DNA of 64,000 nt from an uncultured Gemmatimonadaceae bacterium (GCA_963716745.1 OY970320.1:864001-928000); one strand, 5' to 3'; shown: positions 12,389 to 23,953, counted from the first letter of the stretch. Program-made: numbers and translations. Notes: generated by a model from the letters alone, not told the origin.

Positions 12389-14051
12389 ATGACGAAGCCC
12401 GTGATCCTCACGGTGGACGATGATGCCGAAGTGCTCGCGGCGATCGAGCGCGATCTGCGGCAGCAGTACAAGAACGACTACCGGATCATCAAGGCGGGCT
12501 CGGGCCAGGATGCGCTCGAGGCGGCGCGCGAACTCAAGCAGCGCGGCACGGCCGTGGCGCTGTTCCTCGTGGACCAGCGCATGCCGGCCATGACCGGCGT
12601 CGAGTTCCTGCGCGAGGCGCGGAAGCTGCATCCCGACGCGCGCAAGGTGCTGCTCACCGCGTATGCCGACACGACGGCGGCGATCGAGAGCATCAACGAG
12701 GTGGGGCTCGATCATTATCTCATGAAGCCGTGGTCGCCGCCCGCGGAGCGGCTGTATCCGGTGATCGACGAGTTGCTCTCCGAATGGACCGCGCACGTGC
12801 GGCTCCCCTTCGACGGCCTCCGCGTGCTCGGCGCGCGCTGGTCGCGGCAGTGCTACGCGGCCAAGGAATTCCTCTCGCGCAATCACGTGCCGTACCAGTG
12901 GATCGACATCGACCAGGACGCGCCAATGCGCGAGCTGGCGATCTCGCTCACTGGCGATGTCACCAAGCTGCCGGTGGTGCTCTTCGCCGACGGCACGAAC
13001 CTCGTACAGCCATCGAACATCGAGCTCGCGAAGAAGGCCGGACTCCGCACGACCGCCGACAAGCCGTTCTACGATCTCATCATCATCGGCGGCGGACCGG
13101 CCGGGCTCGCGAACGCGGTGTACGGCGCGAGCGAAGGATTGCGCACAGTACTGATCGAGCAGAGCGCGCCCGGCGGACAGGCGGGCACGAGTTCGCGCAT
13201 CGAGAATTATCTCGGCTTCCCCAGCGGCATCTCCGGCGCCGATCTGGCGCAGCGTGCCACGACGCAGGCGCGCCGCTTCGGCGCCGAGATCCTCACGGCG
13301 CAGGAAGTGGTGAGCGTGCGCCGCGAGGACCCGTATCGCATCGTGAAGCTCGCGGACGGGAGCGAGGTGAGCGGGTACGCGGTGCTGCTCTCGACCGGAA
13401 TGGCGGTGAAGAAGTTCGAAGTGCCGGGCATCGATCCGCTGGTCGGCGCCGGCGTGTACTACGGCGCGGCGACCACCGAGGCGGCGGCGTACCGCGGCCA
13501 GGACGTGTGCATCATCGGCGGCGCGAATTCCGCGGGCCAGGGCGCGCTGTTCTTCTCACGCCACGCGCGAAAGGTCGTGATGATCGTGCGCGCGGCGGGG
13601 CTCGAGAAATCAATGTCGCAGTACCTCGTGGCGCGCATCAAGGCCACCGAGAACATCGAGGTGCTGCCGCACGCGGAGGTGAGCTGCGGTGCACGGCGAC
13701 GGCCGCCTCGAGCGCGTGACGACGAAGAACGTCGAGACGGCTGCCGAGTCAACGATCCAGACGGCGGCGATGTTCATCTTCATCGGCGTGGCGCCGCGCA
13801 CGGAGATGTTCGCGGGCTTCGTGGACCGGGATGAGGCAGGATTCGTGGTCACGGGTCCGGACTTGAAGCGTGTGAGCGGCAAGCCGGTGGGATGGACATT
13901 GGACCGGGATCCATTCGTATTCGAGACGAGCGTGCCGGGAGTGTTCGCGGCAGGGGATGTGCGATCCGGCGCGAATCGACGAGTGGCGGCAGCGGTGGGA
14001 GAAGGATCGGCGGCGATATACACGATCCATCGGTACTTGGAGACTGTATAG
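12389..14051 (+). CDS. Response regulator receiver fused to thioredoxin-reductase-like FAD oxidoreductase (frameshift ~13685)
   Basis: LTVDDD...DQRMP receiver; IIGGGPAG, IENYLGFP, GGANSAGQ; C-terminus FAAGDVRSG in ORF 13689-14051. Confidence 0.9.
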
Positions 14052-14056
14052 CCTAA

Positions 14057-14287
14057 AACGGCGTGAGTACCGAGTCGTGCGTGTTCGACCACTGACGGCG
14101 TGAGTACTGAGTCGTGCGTGTTCGACCACAAACTTCGTGAGTACCAAGTCGTGCGTAACTCGGCACTCACGTACTCAGTGGTCGAAGACGCACGACTCGG
14201 TACTCACGCACTCAGTGGTCGAACACGCACGACTCGGCACTCACGCACTCAGTGGTCGAACACGCACGACTCGGTACTCACGCCGTT
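14057..14287. repeat. Family F: three direct plus three inverted 37-bp units forming a ~230-bp palindrome
   Basis: Unit CGTGAGTACCGAGTCGTGCGTGTTCGACCACTGA at 14062/14099/14136 (third truncated), inverted at 14175/14212/14249. Confidence 0.92.
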
Positions 14288-14288
14288 C

Positions 14289-16953
14289 TTAGAGCCCAAA
14301 CCAGTAAGTCGCCTTTATCTCGAACGTGTTCATCGGGTGCACCGAGAACATTGAGTTCACATCCGACCCCGGCGCGAATCCCGAATACGCTTGATCGTAA
14401 TTGTACACGTTCCGCCCGTGGGTCCACACCACGTACAACGTCGATCCGCTCCGGTATTCCCATCGCAGCACGGTGTTCACGTTCAGCTGCTGATAATCGA
14501 AATTGTAGCACGCCACGGTGACCGTAGTGCACGTGCCAAGGTCGGGGTTGTCCTCGGGGATCGGCGTGTACGGGACGTACTCCTTGCTGTACTCCGGCGA
14601 GCGCGGGTCGCCCACCTTCCGCCAATTGTCATAGCGGCCGTCGCTCAGATACGGCTGCGCGTAGAACTGCAGCGTCAGCCGCGGCGTGAACGTCGCATCG
14701 AGGCGCACGATCGCGCTCATCGTGTTCTGATGCAGCGTCGCGATCGTGTAGATCGACTCGGCGGCTAGCGGCGTGCTCGGCGGATAGTGGATGTAGTTCG
14801 CGACCCAATTCACATAGTCCACATCCAGCGCGTATTGCAGCGCGAGCGAAATGCTCAGGCTGCTCGACATGTGATACAGCACGCTCGGCGGAGATGTTGT
14901 AGCCGTGCGATAGGCCACCCGACCCGTCGTAGAGCGAAAAGCCGATACTCGGCACCGCGTTCAGGCGCGGATCGCCCTCGATGTTGAACCATCCATCGTG
15001 ATAGGGGTGTCCGCGCAGCGCCGGCCCGCCGCGCGCCTTGCGATCATCGTACGCGACGAGGAAGCGGTACACATCGCCGCCGGTGTGGATCCACCAGCTG
15101 TTCAGGAATTGCACGTCCGCGCTCACGTACGCGGTGTTGTTGTTCATGTAGGTGCTCGAGAGTCCCTGCGTGGTCCAGCCGTTCGTCTCGCCCAAGTCGA
15201 GGTACATCTGGCGGTAGAACGAACCCGGCTGCGTGATGTCGGTGGAGATGACGTTGTTCCACGCCATCACGCCCGCTTCCTTCAGGTAGCCGAGGTCGTT
15301 GATCTCGAGCCCGGGGCTCACGCGCCCGAAGTTCGTGTTGAAGCGAAGGATGCCGCCGCCGATCTTGCCGAAGCTGATCTTCTCCGCGTCGCCGGTGAGC
15401 GAGGTGCGCGTCGTGTCATAGACGAGTCCGCTGCCGGGGCGCTGGTAGTAGTGCGTACTGTTCGCTTGCGTGAGCGCCATGGCCTGCGGGGAGCCCGACA
15501 CATAACTGCTCACCACCGATCCGGACAGCTGGTACTCACGCGAGCCGAACTCGGTGGTGAAATGCACGCCGCCGACATAGGCGGCGTCGCGCAGCGAGTC
15601 CACCGTGAACGCGTCGAGTTGCCGGTTCGTCGCGGTGACCATCGCGCCGATCTGCGTCTGGCCGTCGCGGAATTCCTGGATCATTTGCGCGGCGAAGTAA
15701 TTCGCCGGCGGCTCGGAGGTGCTCTGCGTGGGGTCGTCGTTCACTTCGCGCGCGGTGAGCGCGTCGAGCACGCCCACCGACAGCCCGCCGTCGGTGCGCC
15801 CGGTGAGCTTGGCGGCACCGTAGATCGACGTGACCGTCGGCGATCCGGCGCCGCCGTCGGTGAGCTGCGGCTGGCGGCCGATGCGGCGCGAATAGAACAG
15901 CCCGCTGCAGGAACCCATGTTGCAGTTCATATCGAAGCGAAAGATGCCGGTCCCTTCGAGGAAGAACGGCCGGCGCTCGGGCAGGAAGGTCTCGAAATTC
16001 GAGAGATTGAGCACCGCGGGGTCGGATTCCACCTGGCCGAAATCCGGATTCACGGTACCGTCGAGCGTGAGGTTGCTCGTGATCCCCCACTTGATGTCGC
16101 CGCCCACGGCGTATTGCTGCTCGCGACCGAACGTGCTGTCCGACGGGCCGCCGCTCGTGCCTCCCGCGTGCGGGAAGGTGATGCTCTTCGCCACGCCGTA
16201 CGGGACGATCTCGAGATGCGGCGCGGTGCCCAGGCCGTCGATGCCGGAGAGCTCGCCGAATTGCGACGCGATCCCGGCGTGACTCATGCGATACACCGGC
16301 CAGCTGTCCTTCTCATTGAAACGCGCGATCTCGCGCGCGATCGCCAGGCCGAACGTGACGTGTGACTTGCGCGTGAAGCGCAGCTGATCGAAGGGGATCC
16401 GGAACTCCGCGGTCCAGCCGAGCGAGTCCACGTTCGTTGCGACATCCCAGATGCCGTCCCAGGATTCGTCCTCGTCGAGATCGTTGTACGTGTACAGATC
16501 GCGCTTCACACCGCGCGGATTCACCGCGAACTCGTAGCCGGTGCGCTTGTCGTGGTAGGAGTCGACGAGGATCTTGATCCAGTCCGACTGCGAATGGAAG
16601 TCGCGCCGGCCGAGCAGGCCGACGATGCTGTCGGGATGCGGATCGTACATGCGCACGAAGACGTAGAGATACCGGTCGTCGTACACGACTTTGGCCGACG
16701 TGCGGAACGTCGGATCGCCATCTTCCTGGGGCGAATACTGGCGGAAGCTTTCGATGATCTGCGCCTGCGCCCAGATCGGATCGTCGTCGATCCCGTCGAG
16801 CACGGGCGCGAGCGGCGCGCGTGTGGCGCTGGCAGCAACCCCGCTGGCCGGCGGCCGCGGCGGCGGCGCGGGAATGTCGATGCTGACGCGCGTCGCCTGT
16901 GCGGCAGCGGCGAAGGGAACGAGCATAGCGAACAGGAAAGAACCGCGACGCAT
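14289..16953 (-). CDS. DUF5916 / CBM9-like outer-membrane protein (frameshift ~14890)
   Basis: Signal peptide, APVLDG..DD..W, WTAEFRIPF, TVNPDFGQVESD, ERRPFFLEG, LFYSRRIG; C-terminal beta strand KATYWFGL. Confidence 0.8.
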
Positions 16954-16984
16954 GAGGGAATCTAACGCGGACGCGGTTGGACTG

Positions 16985-17017
16985 CGCGTTTCAGCGGTAC
17001 TAAGGGCTACTCACGCC
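16985..17017. repeat. Family B half-site
   Basis: GTTTCAGCGGTACTAAGGGCTAC. Confidence 0.6.
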
Positions 17018-17019
17018 TG

Positions 17020-17927
17020 CTAATGGTGACATTGCGCTCCCACCGCCCCATTAAGCGCCGCTACCACTCGATCTGTGAGATCGAAATTCGCGAATGCCGT
17101 GAACGAATCCTCGATCATGTTCCCCGCGACATTGCTGAGCTGTTGCGGCAGCGGATCCAGATGCAGCGCGCCAATGCGCCAGATCTGATGCACCTGGCCC
17201 ATGCTGCCGATCTTGCACTGCTCGAGATCGAGCACGGGATCGAAGTGCAATTCGTAGCGCACATTGTCGGCGCCTCCGCTCACGCCCACGGCGCCGCTGA
17301 AATGACAGGGCTGCATCACGTCGCTCGGATCGGGGCGGAAGCGCAGACTGAATGCGTTCATCGCGACATGCGCAACGGTAAAGGTCAGCACGAGGCCATC
17401 ACCAGCCACGCGCAGATCGGGATCGGGAACGGTCAGTGAGAATTCGCCGGCGTTCACCTTCACTCCGAGGCAGCTGCTGACCATGTACTTGTGGCCGGCC
17501 AGCAGCGAAGTCTGGATCTCGAATCCCTTGAGCGTCATTCACGGCCGCCTTGATGTAGTCGCCGATCTTCGGATCATCTCTGAGCCGCTCGTGCCTGCCC
17601 ATGCGTGTGCGGCGGACTCGCCATGAAGCCGCGGGGCTGCGGCACGACATGCGGATCGGTCTGTCCGTGCGCATTCTCGCTGTCCGCCGACTGGACGCCG
17701 CGAATCGCGCCCATCGTTGTCCCATCAGTAGGCGTGACGTTGGTGTTGACCTTCATCGCGTCGAACGACGGGGTGCTGCCCGTCGCGGTCGTGGTCGGAT
17801 GACTTCCCGTCTTCGGGGCGGGAGCCGGTGCCGCGGGCTTGGCCGTTCCCTGCGCGAGTGCCATGAGCGGCGCCAGCGCAAAGGAGACGAGCAATGCAAG
17901 ACGTGGCGGGATCCGGGAGAGTGTCAT
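17020..17927 (-). CDS. Secreted hypothetical protein (probably one gene split by two frameshifts at ~17540-17590)
   Basis: Signal peptide MTLSRIPPRLALLVSFALAPLMALAQ, P/T/A linker, Cys-containing C-terminal domain in ORF 17020-17538. Confidence 0.55.
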
Positions 17928-17943
17928 TGGCTCGATCCTTGAG

Positions 17944-19353
17944 TCAGGGTGCCTGTGCGGGAGGGTTCTGGAGCGCCGTGTCGGCGAGCTGAGTGAATCC
18001 GTGCAGCGTCGCCGCGAGATCGGTGAGCGAAGTCTCGGGCGCGTGCGCGTCGCCGCTCTGCTTGAGGGCGGCGAACGCACTCTTCGCAGCTGCGGCTTGA
18101 ACGGGCAGTGCGTCCGCCGTGTGGAGTCCGATCAGCACGAGATTGAGATTCCGGTACCTGGCGATGTAGTCGGGCATGAAATGGGCGGCCGTATCGAACG
18201 CGAGTTGCGCCGTGCTGATGCGCTTCGCATCGAGCGATGTGCTCGCGACCGTGAGCTTCTCCATCGCTCCCGCGAAGGCCGTCGGCGGCGGCCCGAATAT
18301 CGGGGCAGCGAGCGCCTGCGGGCGCGAGTACGAGTGCGGCACCACGTGGTACGCGTAGATCATGCCGTGATTGCTCACGACGTACACGCGGTCACGCCGG
18401 GGCGCCGAGATCGCGCGCGGCGACGTCGGGAACGCGAAGATGCGCGACGTCCATCGCGCGCCACCGTCGGCGGTGTAGCTCAATTGCGTCTCGTAGAGGG
18501 AGAACGCGACTTGTGGGTCCGCAAAGGTCAGGCTGTGCGAACCGGCCTTCCCCGGCATGCCATGCCATGTCGCCCCGCCATCGCTCGACGTGGAGATCTG
18601 GCCGTGCGCATCGCAGAGCACCCCGTGCAACGCGTCGGTGAACGTGATCTCTCCGCCCACTCCATTAATGGGATCGTCGATCTGAGGACCGTCGCCGAGT
18701 ATGACGGTCCAGCTGTCGCCGCCGTTGATGGTCTTCGCGATAAAGACCTTGTCCTTCAGATCGCGGTTCCCGCCGAGCGCGAAGCCGACGTCGGCCGAAA
18801 CGAAACTCAGGCTCAAGAGCGTGCACTCGACGCCCTGCACAGCGCACGTGAACGCCTCGCGCCAATCCTTTCCGCCATTCTTCGTCACGAAGATCTGCGC
18901 GCCCACGAGTGCGGCGCCGTGCATTGGCGACGTGAACGCGTAGTCCGAGTACGTATTCGAGAAGACATGCGGGATCGCGCCGATCCGCTCCCAGTGCTCG
19001 CCGTCGGTCGTGCGAAGCAACTTGCTGTCGGTTTGCGGGAACCGTTCCGTCGCCCAGCCGTGCTGCGCGTCGATGAAGCGCAGTCCGTCGAGCGGGTTCT
19101 CAGCGGCGGCGGGGTCGCCGCCGAGCTGCGCGGTCCAATGCGCGCCGCCATCGGTGGTGTGAATGATCGTGCCGTGGTCGCCCGCGACCCAACCGACCAG
19201 CGGCGTGACGAAGAACACCGAGCCGAAATCGATGTCCTGGGAATAGTTCACCGGCTCCCAGATCGCCTTATCCGGATGCGCCGCGGCCTGCGCTCCGGCG
19301 CTCACCGCGAGCGCGAGGATCGCGCCGGCGGCGATGAGGTGGCGCGTCATCAT
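17944..19353 (-). CDS. Secreted YCF48/BNR-repeat beta-propeller protein with helical C-terminal extension
   Basis: Signal peptide; repeats GWVAGDHGTIIHTTDGGAHW, LRTTDGEHW, TKNGGKDW, TINGGDSW; ATGA overlap with upstream gene. Confidence 0.8.
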   Translation of the reverse strand: MMTRHLIAAGAILALAVSAGAQAAAHPDKAIWEPVNYSQDIDFGSVFFVTPLVGWVAGDHGTIIHTTDGGAHWTAQLGGDPAAAENPLDGLRFIDAQHGWATERFPQTDSKLLRTTDGEHWERIGAIPHVFSNTYSDYAFTSPMHGAALVGAQIFVTKNGGKDWREAFTCAVQGVECTLLSLSFVSADVGFALGGNRDLKDKVFIAKTINGGDSWTVILGDGPQIDDPINGVGGEITFTDALHGVLCDAHGQISTSSDGGATWHGMPGKAGSHSLTFADPQVAFSLYETQLSYTADGGARWTSRIFAFPTSPRAISAPRRDRVYVVSNHGMIYAYHVVPHSYSRPQALAAPIFGPPPTAFAGAMEKLTVASTSLDAKRISTAQLAFDTAAHFMPDYIARYRNLNLVLIGLHTADALPVQAAAAKSAFAALKQSGDAHAPETSLTDLAATLHGFTQLADTALQNPPAQAP

Positions 19354-19952
19354 GAGCACACGCACGTCCAGCTGTAGGTGGCGTCCGACCCGTCGGGGTT
19401 CTTCCCGGAGGTGGTCATCGTCGCGAGCGGCACACACGTGTGGCCGCCCTGCGGGAACGTGCTCGCGGCCACGGCATTGCAGCCGGCGATGTGTGCGTCG
19501 TACTCGATCTGCGGCGGACCCACCTTCATCCCGGTGGGACCGATCTTCGTGATCACTCCGCAGCACGCCGTGACGCCGTTCACCGACACCCTGCCGTGCG
19601 CGTTCGCCCAGATCTGCTGGCCAACGTGCAGCGTCGCCGCTCCCTTCTGCGCGTCGATCGGCCCGAAGCCCAATGCCGGCTGCAGCTTCGCTCCATCCAC
19701 GGGACCAAGGCCATCCACGGGGCCGACGCCGAGCTTGGGGTCGAACCAGCCGAACATGAAGTGAAAGGTGGCGCCGGTCGCGATCACCTTCGCGGTGACG
19801 ACGCCGGTGCGCGCATCCACGGACACGACGTCGCAACATGCCAAAGGCTTGAGCGCGCCCGTCTTCTGCGGGATCTGCGCACCGGCGAGCGACGCCGCGC
19901 TCACTGCAGCGCAAGCCAAGAGCGATCCGATCACGATACGAGTGCATGTCAT
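19350..19952 (-). CDS. Secreted Cys-rich hypothetical protein with GP(V/I)D repeats
   Basis: Strong RBS (GGAGGAAGG), signal peptide, two ACC motifs, C-terminal WTCVCS. Confidence 0.7.
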   Translation of the reverse strand: MTCTRIVIGSLLACAAVSAASLAGAQIPQKTGALKPLACCDVVSVDARTGVVTAKVIATGATFHFMFGWFDPKLGVGPVDGLGPVDGAKLQPALGFGPIDAQKGAATLHVGQQIWANAHGRVSVNGVTACCGVITKIGPTGMKVGPPQIEYDAHIAGCNAVAASTFPQGGHTCVPLATMTTSGKNPDGSDATYSWTCVCS

Positions 19953-20028
19953 GGTGGCCTTCCTCCAATGAGTGGCGGGTCATACGTTCGTTCTGCGCGA
20001 AACAGTCTTCCCTCCCGCCTGTATCTCT

Positions 20029-20622
20029 ATGTCGCCGACCGGCCGGGACCGTTACACGCAGGATCGGCCGCCCGGCGCGGAACTCCCCGCCGAACAGGAG
20101 CTCGTCGAGCGCTTCTGGGGTCGCGTGTGCGTGATGGCAGCGCGGCGGCTGCGCGACCCCGCCGCGGCTCAGGATGTGGCGCAGGAAACTCTCCGCCGCG
20201 TGGTGGACGCCATGCGCGCCGGGCGCATCGAGAATCCCGCGGCGCTGCCGGCCTTCGTGTTCCAGACAGCACGCCACATCTGCCTGCATTCGTACCGCTC
20301 CGAAGGGCGCGAGGAACGCGCACTCACGCGGATGAATGCCGAGGGCGACACGCCGGACGACATTCCGAATGCGCTCGGCGCGCTCATTTCCGCGGAGGAC
20401 CGGCTGGCCGTGCGCGGAGCTATGGCGCAACTCACCGAACCGGAGCGTGCGCTGCTCACGATGCTTTACTTCGACGGCCGCGCCACCGACGCCGTTGCCG
20501 CGACACTACAGATCACGCCCGGTGCTCTGCGGGTGAGAAAACACCGCGCGCTCGCCCACCTCGCTGAGCTCATGGGACGCGAAGTGGATGTGAAACGCTC
20601 ACCGCCCATCGGGAACCTATAG
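20029..20622 (+). CDS. ECF-family RNA polymerase sigma factor
   Basis: Region 2 AAQDVAQETL...FVFQTARH; region 4 LTEPERALLTMLYF...TPGALRVRKHRAL; start could also be 19972. Confidence 0.88.
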   Translation: MSPTGRDRYTQDRPPGAELPAEQELVERFWGRVCVMAARRLRDPAAAQDVAQETLRRVVDAMRAGRIENPAALPAFVFQTARHICLHSYRSEGREERALTRMNAEGDTPDDIPNALGALISAEDRLAVRGAMAQLTEPERALLTMLYFDGRATDAVAATLQITPGALRVRKHRALAHLAELMGREVDVKRSPPIGNL

Positions 20623-20624
20623 TC

Positions 20625-21227
20625 ATGGCCGATACCCCTCTCACCTGCGAGATCGTCGACCGCGACGATATCGACCAGCGCTATCTCGCCGGCACGCTGT
20701 CGCCGGACGAAGCCGACGCCTTCGAGGAGCATTTCTTCGGATGCGAGCGCTGCTGGGCATTGGTGCAGCGCGGACTCGCGGTGCGCGCGGCAGGGAATGT
20801 GGGCATGCCCGTCGCGAACGCTCGACGCGCCCCGCGGCCCCAATGGTGGATCGGGCTCGCGGCAGCCGGCGTGCTCGCGGCATCAGTGGCGCTCTGGTAT
20901 TCATCCCGCGGGCGTGCGTTCGATGGCGGGGACGCCGCGCGCGGCTCAGCGGTGGCGATCGGTGCGTCGGCCCTCGTGCGCGGTGATTCGGTGATCGTTG
21001 CCTGGCATCGCGTGGCCGACGCGAGCGACTATCGTGTGCGGATATCGGCCCCGGACGGATCGCCGCTGCTCGAGCGGGTGGTGAGCGATTCCTCGCTCAC
21101 GATCCCCCGCACCGCGCTCGACGGAGCCTCGCCTGAATCGGCATTCGTCAGTGTGATGGCGCGCGATGCCCTCGCGCACCCGCTCGCGCAATCCGCGCTC
21201 ACGCCGCTCGCGCTGCCACGCCGCTGA
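20625..21227 (+). CDS. Zinc-binding (ZAS/zf-HC) transmembrane anti-sigma factor
   Basis: YLAGTLS..E..FEEHFFGCERC (HxxxCxxC), TM helix WWIGLAAAGVLAASVALW, beta-rich extracytoplasmic domain. Confidence 0.85.
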   Translation: MADTPLTCEIVDRDDIDQRYLAGTLSPDEADAFEEHFFGCERCWALVQRGLAVRAAGNVGMPVANARRAPRPQWWIGLAAAGVLAASVALWYSSRGRAFDGGDAARGSAVAIGASALVRGDSVIVAWHRVADASDYRVRISAPDGSPLLERVVSDSSLTIPRTALDGASPESAFVSVMARDALAHPLAQSALTPLALPRR

Positions 21228-21259
21228 ACGCGCGCCGTTCTCTCATCGCGGGCGCGCTG

Positions 21260-23953
21260 TTGGTGCTCTCGGCGTGCGTCGACCGCGCGCCGAGGCCACC
21301 CACGCCGCTCGACCTCGCCTTCCAAGTCGCGGATAGCCTGCGCCTCGAGGGGCGCTTTGCGCAGGCAGCGCCGATCCTGTTGGCCCTGCGTGATTCGCTC
21401 GCGGTGGCCGGCGACACCGCCGGTGTTTGGCGGGCTGACCTTTGGCTGGCCGACGCGCTCATCGGCGTCCGTCAAATGGACAGCGCGCGAACCGAACTCG
21501 CGGCGGCGTTTGCCCTGGCCGGCGCTGATGCCGATCGGGAGGCTTGGATAAGGAACGAGCGCAGCCTGTTGCTCGACCGCCTCGGCAAGTTCGATTCGGC
21601 CACCGCCGAAGCGATGCATGCACGCGAGCTGGCACGCATCGCACATGACTCGATGCTCGAGGCGAAGACGTTCAACGAGACCGCCCGCATCCAGTCGCTC
21701 ACCGGTCACTATCGCGAGGCGATCGCCGACAACCTGCAGGCGCTCGCCATCGATTCTGCCCTCGCGGGACGCGCCGTGCGCGACATGGCGATCGAATGGA
21801 ATGAGTTGGGGATCGGCTATCGTCACCTCGGCCGTTTCACCGATGCCGAGCAAATGCTCGTTCAGGCGCTCGTTCTCGAGCGGGCCCGGCGGAACCCGGA
21901 AGGCATCGCGCGAGCGTCGTTCAATCTCGCGAACGTCTATGTCGCGACCGGCGATGACCGCCGCGCCCTCCCGCTCATGCTCGAGTCGCTTCACACCGTG
22001 GAACCCACCGGCAATGCGCGCGGTGAGATCTTCGTGCGCACGGATCTCGCTGAGCTCTATACGCGCGCGGCTCGTTACTCCGAGGCACGCAAGCACATCG
22101 TGAAAGCGCTCGCGCTGAACAACGGTGCGTTCGCGTATTCGCGCGTGGAACTCCTGGGCGCACTCGCGCGGTTGGAGCTCGCCGAGCGGCGGCCATCGCT
22201 CGCGACGATCCTGCTGGACTCTGCGGTGCGCACCGCCGATTCGTTGGGATACGGCCGGCAGCGCGCGTCAGGACGCGCATCGCTCGCGCGCGCGGCGATA
22301 GCGCTCGGCGAACCCGGTCGCGCGGCGCGATCAGGATCCTCCGCCGTGAGGATCGCCGATTCGCTGGACGATCCCGAAGCGCAAGTCGAGGCCCGAGAGG
22401 CGTACGGTGCGGCGCTCGAGGCGGCGGGGCGCTCGAGCGCGTTGGACGAGTATCGGCGGCACGATCGCGCTCCTCGAGTCGTGGCGCGGACGCGTCGCGC
22501 TCGGCGATCTGCGTATGGGAGTCGCGCAGCCGCGGCTCGGCGCGTACGAAGGGGCGATCCGACTGCTGGTTCGTGAGGGCCGTGCAGGTGATGCCTTCGA
22601 CGTCGCCGAACAGGCGCGAGCGAGGCTGCTGCTGGATCTGATGCGCGATCGTGGCGACGGCCCTTCGCGTTCGCGAGATGAAGCGATCCGGCGCCGGTTG
22701 CGTGAGCGAGGCGACGTACGAGGCGATGCGGAGCCGGCACAGCGCGCCGCGATCGACCGCGAGATCGCCGCGCTCGTCGATTCGATCGGCGGCGGCGCGC
22801 GCGACCCTGACGTGCGCGGCGCGATCGCACGCGACCCGGCGCCGCTCCCGATCCATGACATCCAGGCACGGCTCCTCTCGAAGGACCGCGCAATGCTCGT
22901 GGTGTTCTGGGGCGATCAGGATGTGTACGGCTGGTGGATCACCGCCACATCCGTGCGTGCCGCGCGTCTTGGCCCCGCGGATTCGTTGGCGATGATGGTC
23001 GAGTTCCTGCGCACCGCGGTGGAGGACACAACGGGGCGCGTGCCGTGGAAACCGGCCGCGCGGCGGATGTTCGCCACGATCATCGCGCCGCTCGCCCCCG
23101 ATGCTTCCGCCGAAGTGCTCGTGATCACTGACGGCCCGCTCGCGAACGTTCCGGCCGAAGTATTCCTGCCGCCGGGAGACAGCCTCCCGTGGGGCGCGAC
23201 GCGGCGCATCGGGTACGGTCCCTCGGCGTCGGTGCTCGCGACGTTCATGTCCTCCTCCCGAACGCCCCGCTGGGATCGCGCGATCCTCGCGGTAGGGAAT
23301 CCCGCGCCATCGCCGGGTCGCGCGAGCGCGGGACCGGCCGGCGAACGCGACGGCGCGCGCGCGCCTCTCCCGTACGCGGCGGTCGAGGCACGTGAAATCG
23401 CGACACTGTTCGCCGCCGGCACGAGGGATGTGCTCACCGGCCGAGACGCCACGCTCACGCGATGGCGCGCGCTGGATCCTTCGCGCTATCGCTACCTGCA
23501 TTTCGCAGCGCACACGTCGCTCGTCGGCCGCCGGACGGGCGCGTCCGCTGTGATGCTCGCCGACAGCGCCCTCGATCTCCCGGCGATCCGCGCCCTCGAT
23601 CTGACCGCCGAACTGGTGACGTTGTCAGCGTGCGAGACCGCGTTGGGCGATCGCGTGCGCGGCGAGGGAGTCCTCGGACTTTCGCACGCGTTCCTGTCCG
23701 CCGGTGCGCGCGGCACCGTGGTCACGCTCTGGCCGATCCGCGACCGCTCGGCCGCGGATTTCATGACCGCGTTCTATCGCGCATTGAGCGCCGGCGCGGC
23801 GCCATCGGCGGCACTGCTCACCGTACGGCGCGCGTGGATCGCCGCGGCGGTGCGCGCGCGCAACCGGCGAGATGGGCGCCTTATGTGCTCATCGGAGGAG
23901 CTGCGGCGCACGTGAAACTGAACGGCCGGGAGCCGATTGCCGGGAGCCGATGA
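21260..23953 (+). CDS. TPR-CHAT (caspase-like) protease, putative lipoprotein (frameshifts ~22455 and ~23850)
   Basis: TPR-like helices (NELGIGYRHLG, NLANVY); CHAT motifs YLHFAAH and LVTLSACET, FLSAGARGTVVTLWPI; WAPYVLIG in the shifted frame; N-terminal LSAC lipobox. Confidence 0.85.

Noticed and set aside
14057..14287. CRISPR array (37-bp repeats)
   Set aside because: Units are contiguous with no unique spacers, half are inverted, and no cas genes are present
19999..20625. GAAAC motifs ~25-28 nt before the sigma and anti-sigma starts as autoregulatory ECF promoters
   Set aside because: No shared -10 element can be seen; too short to support
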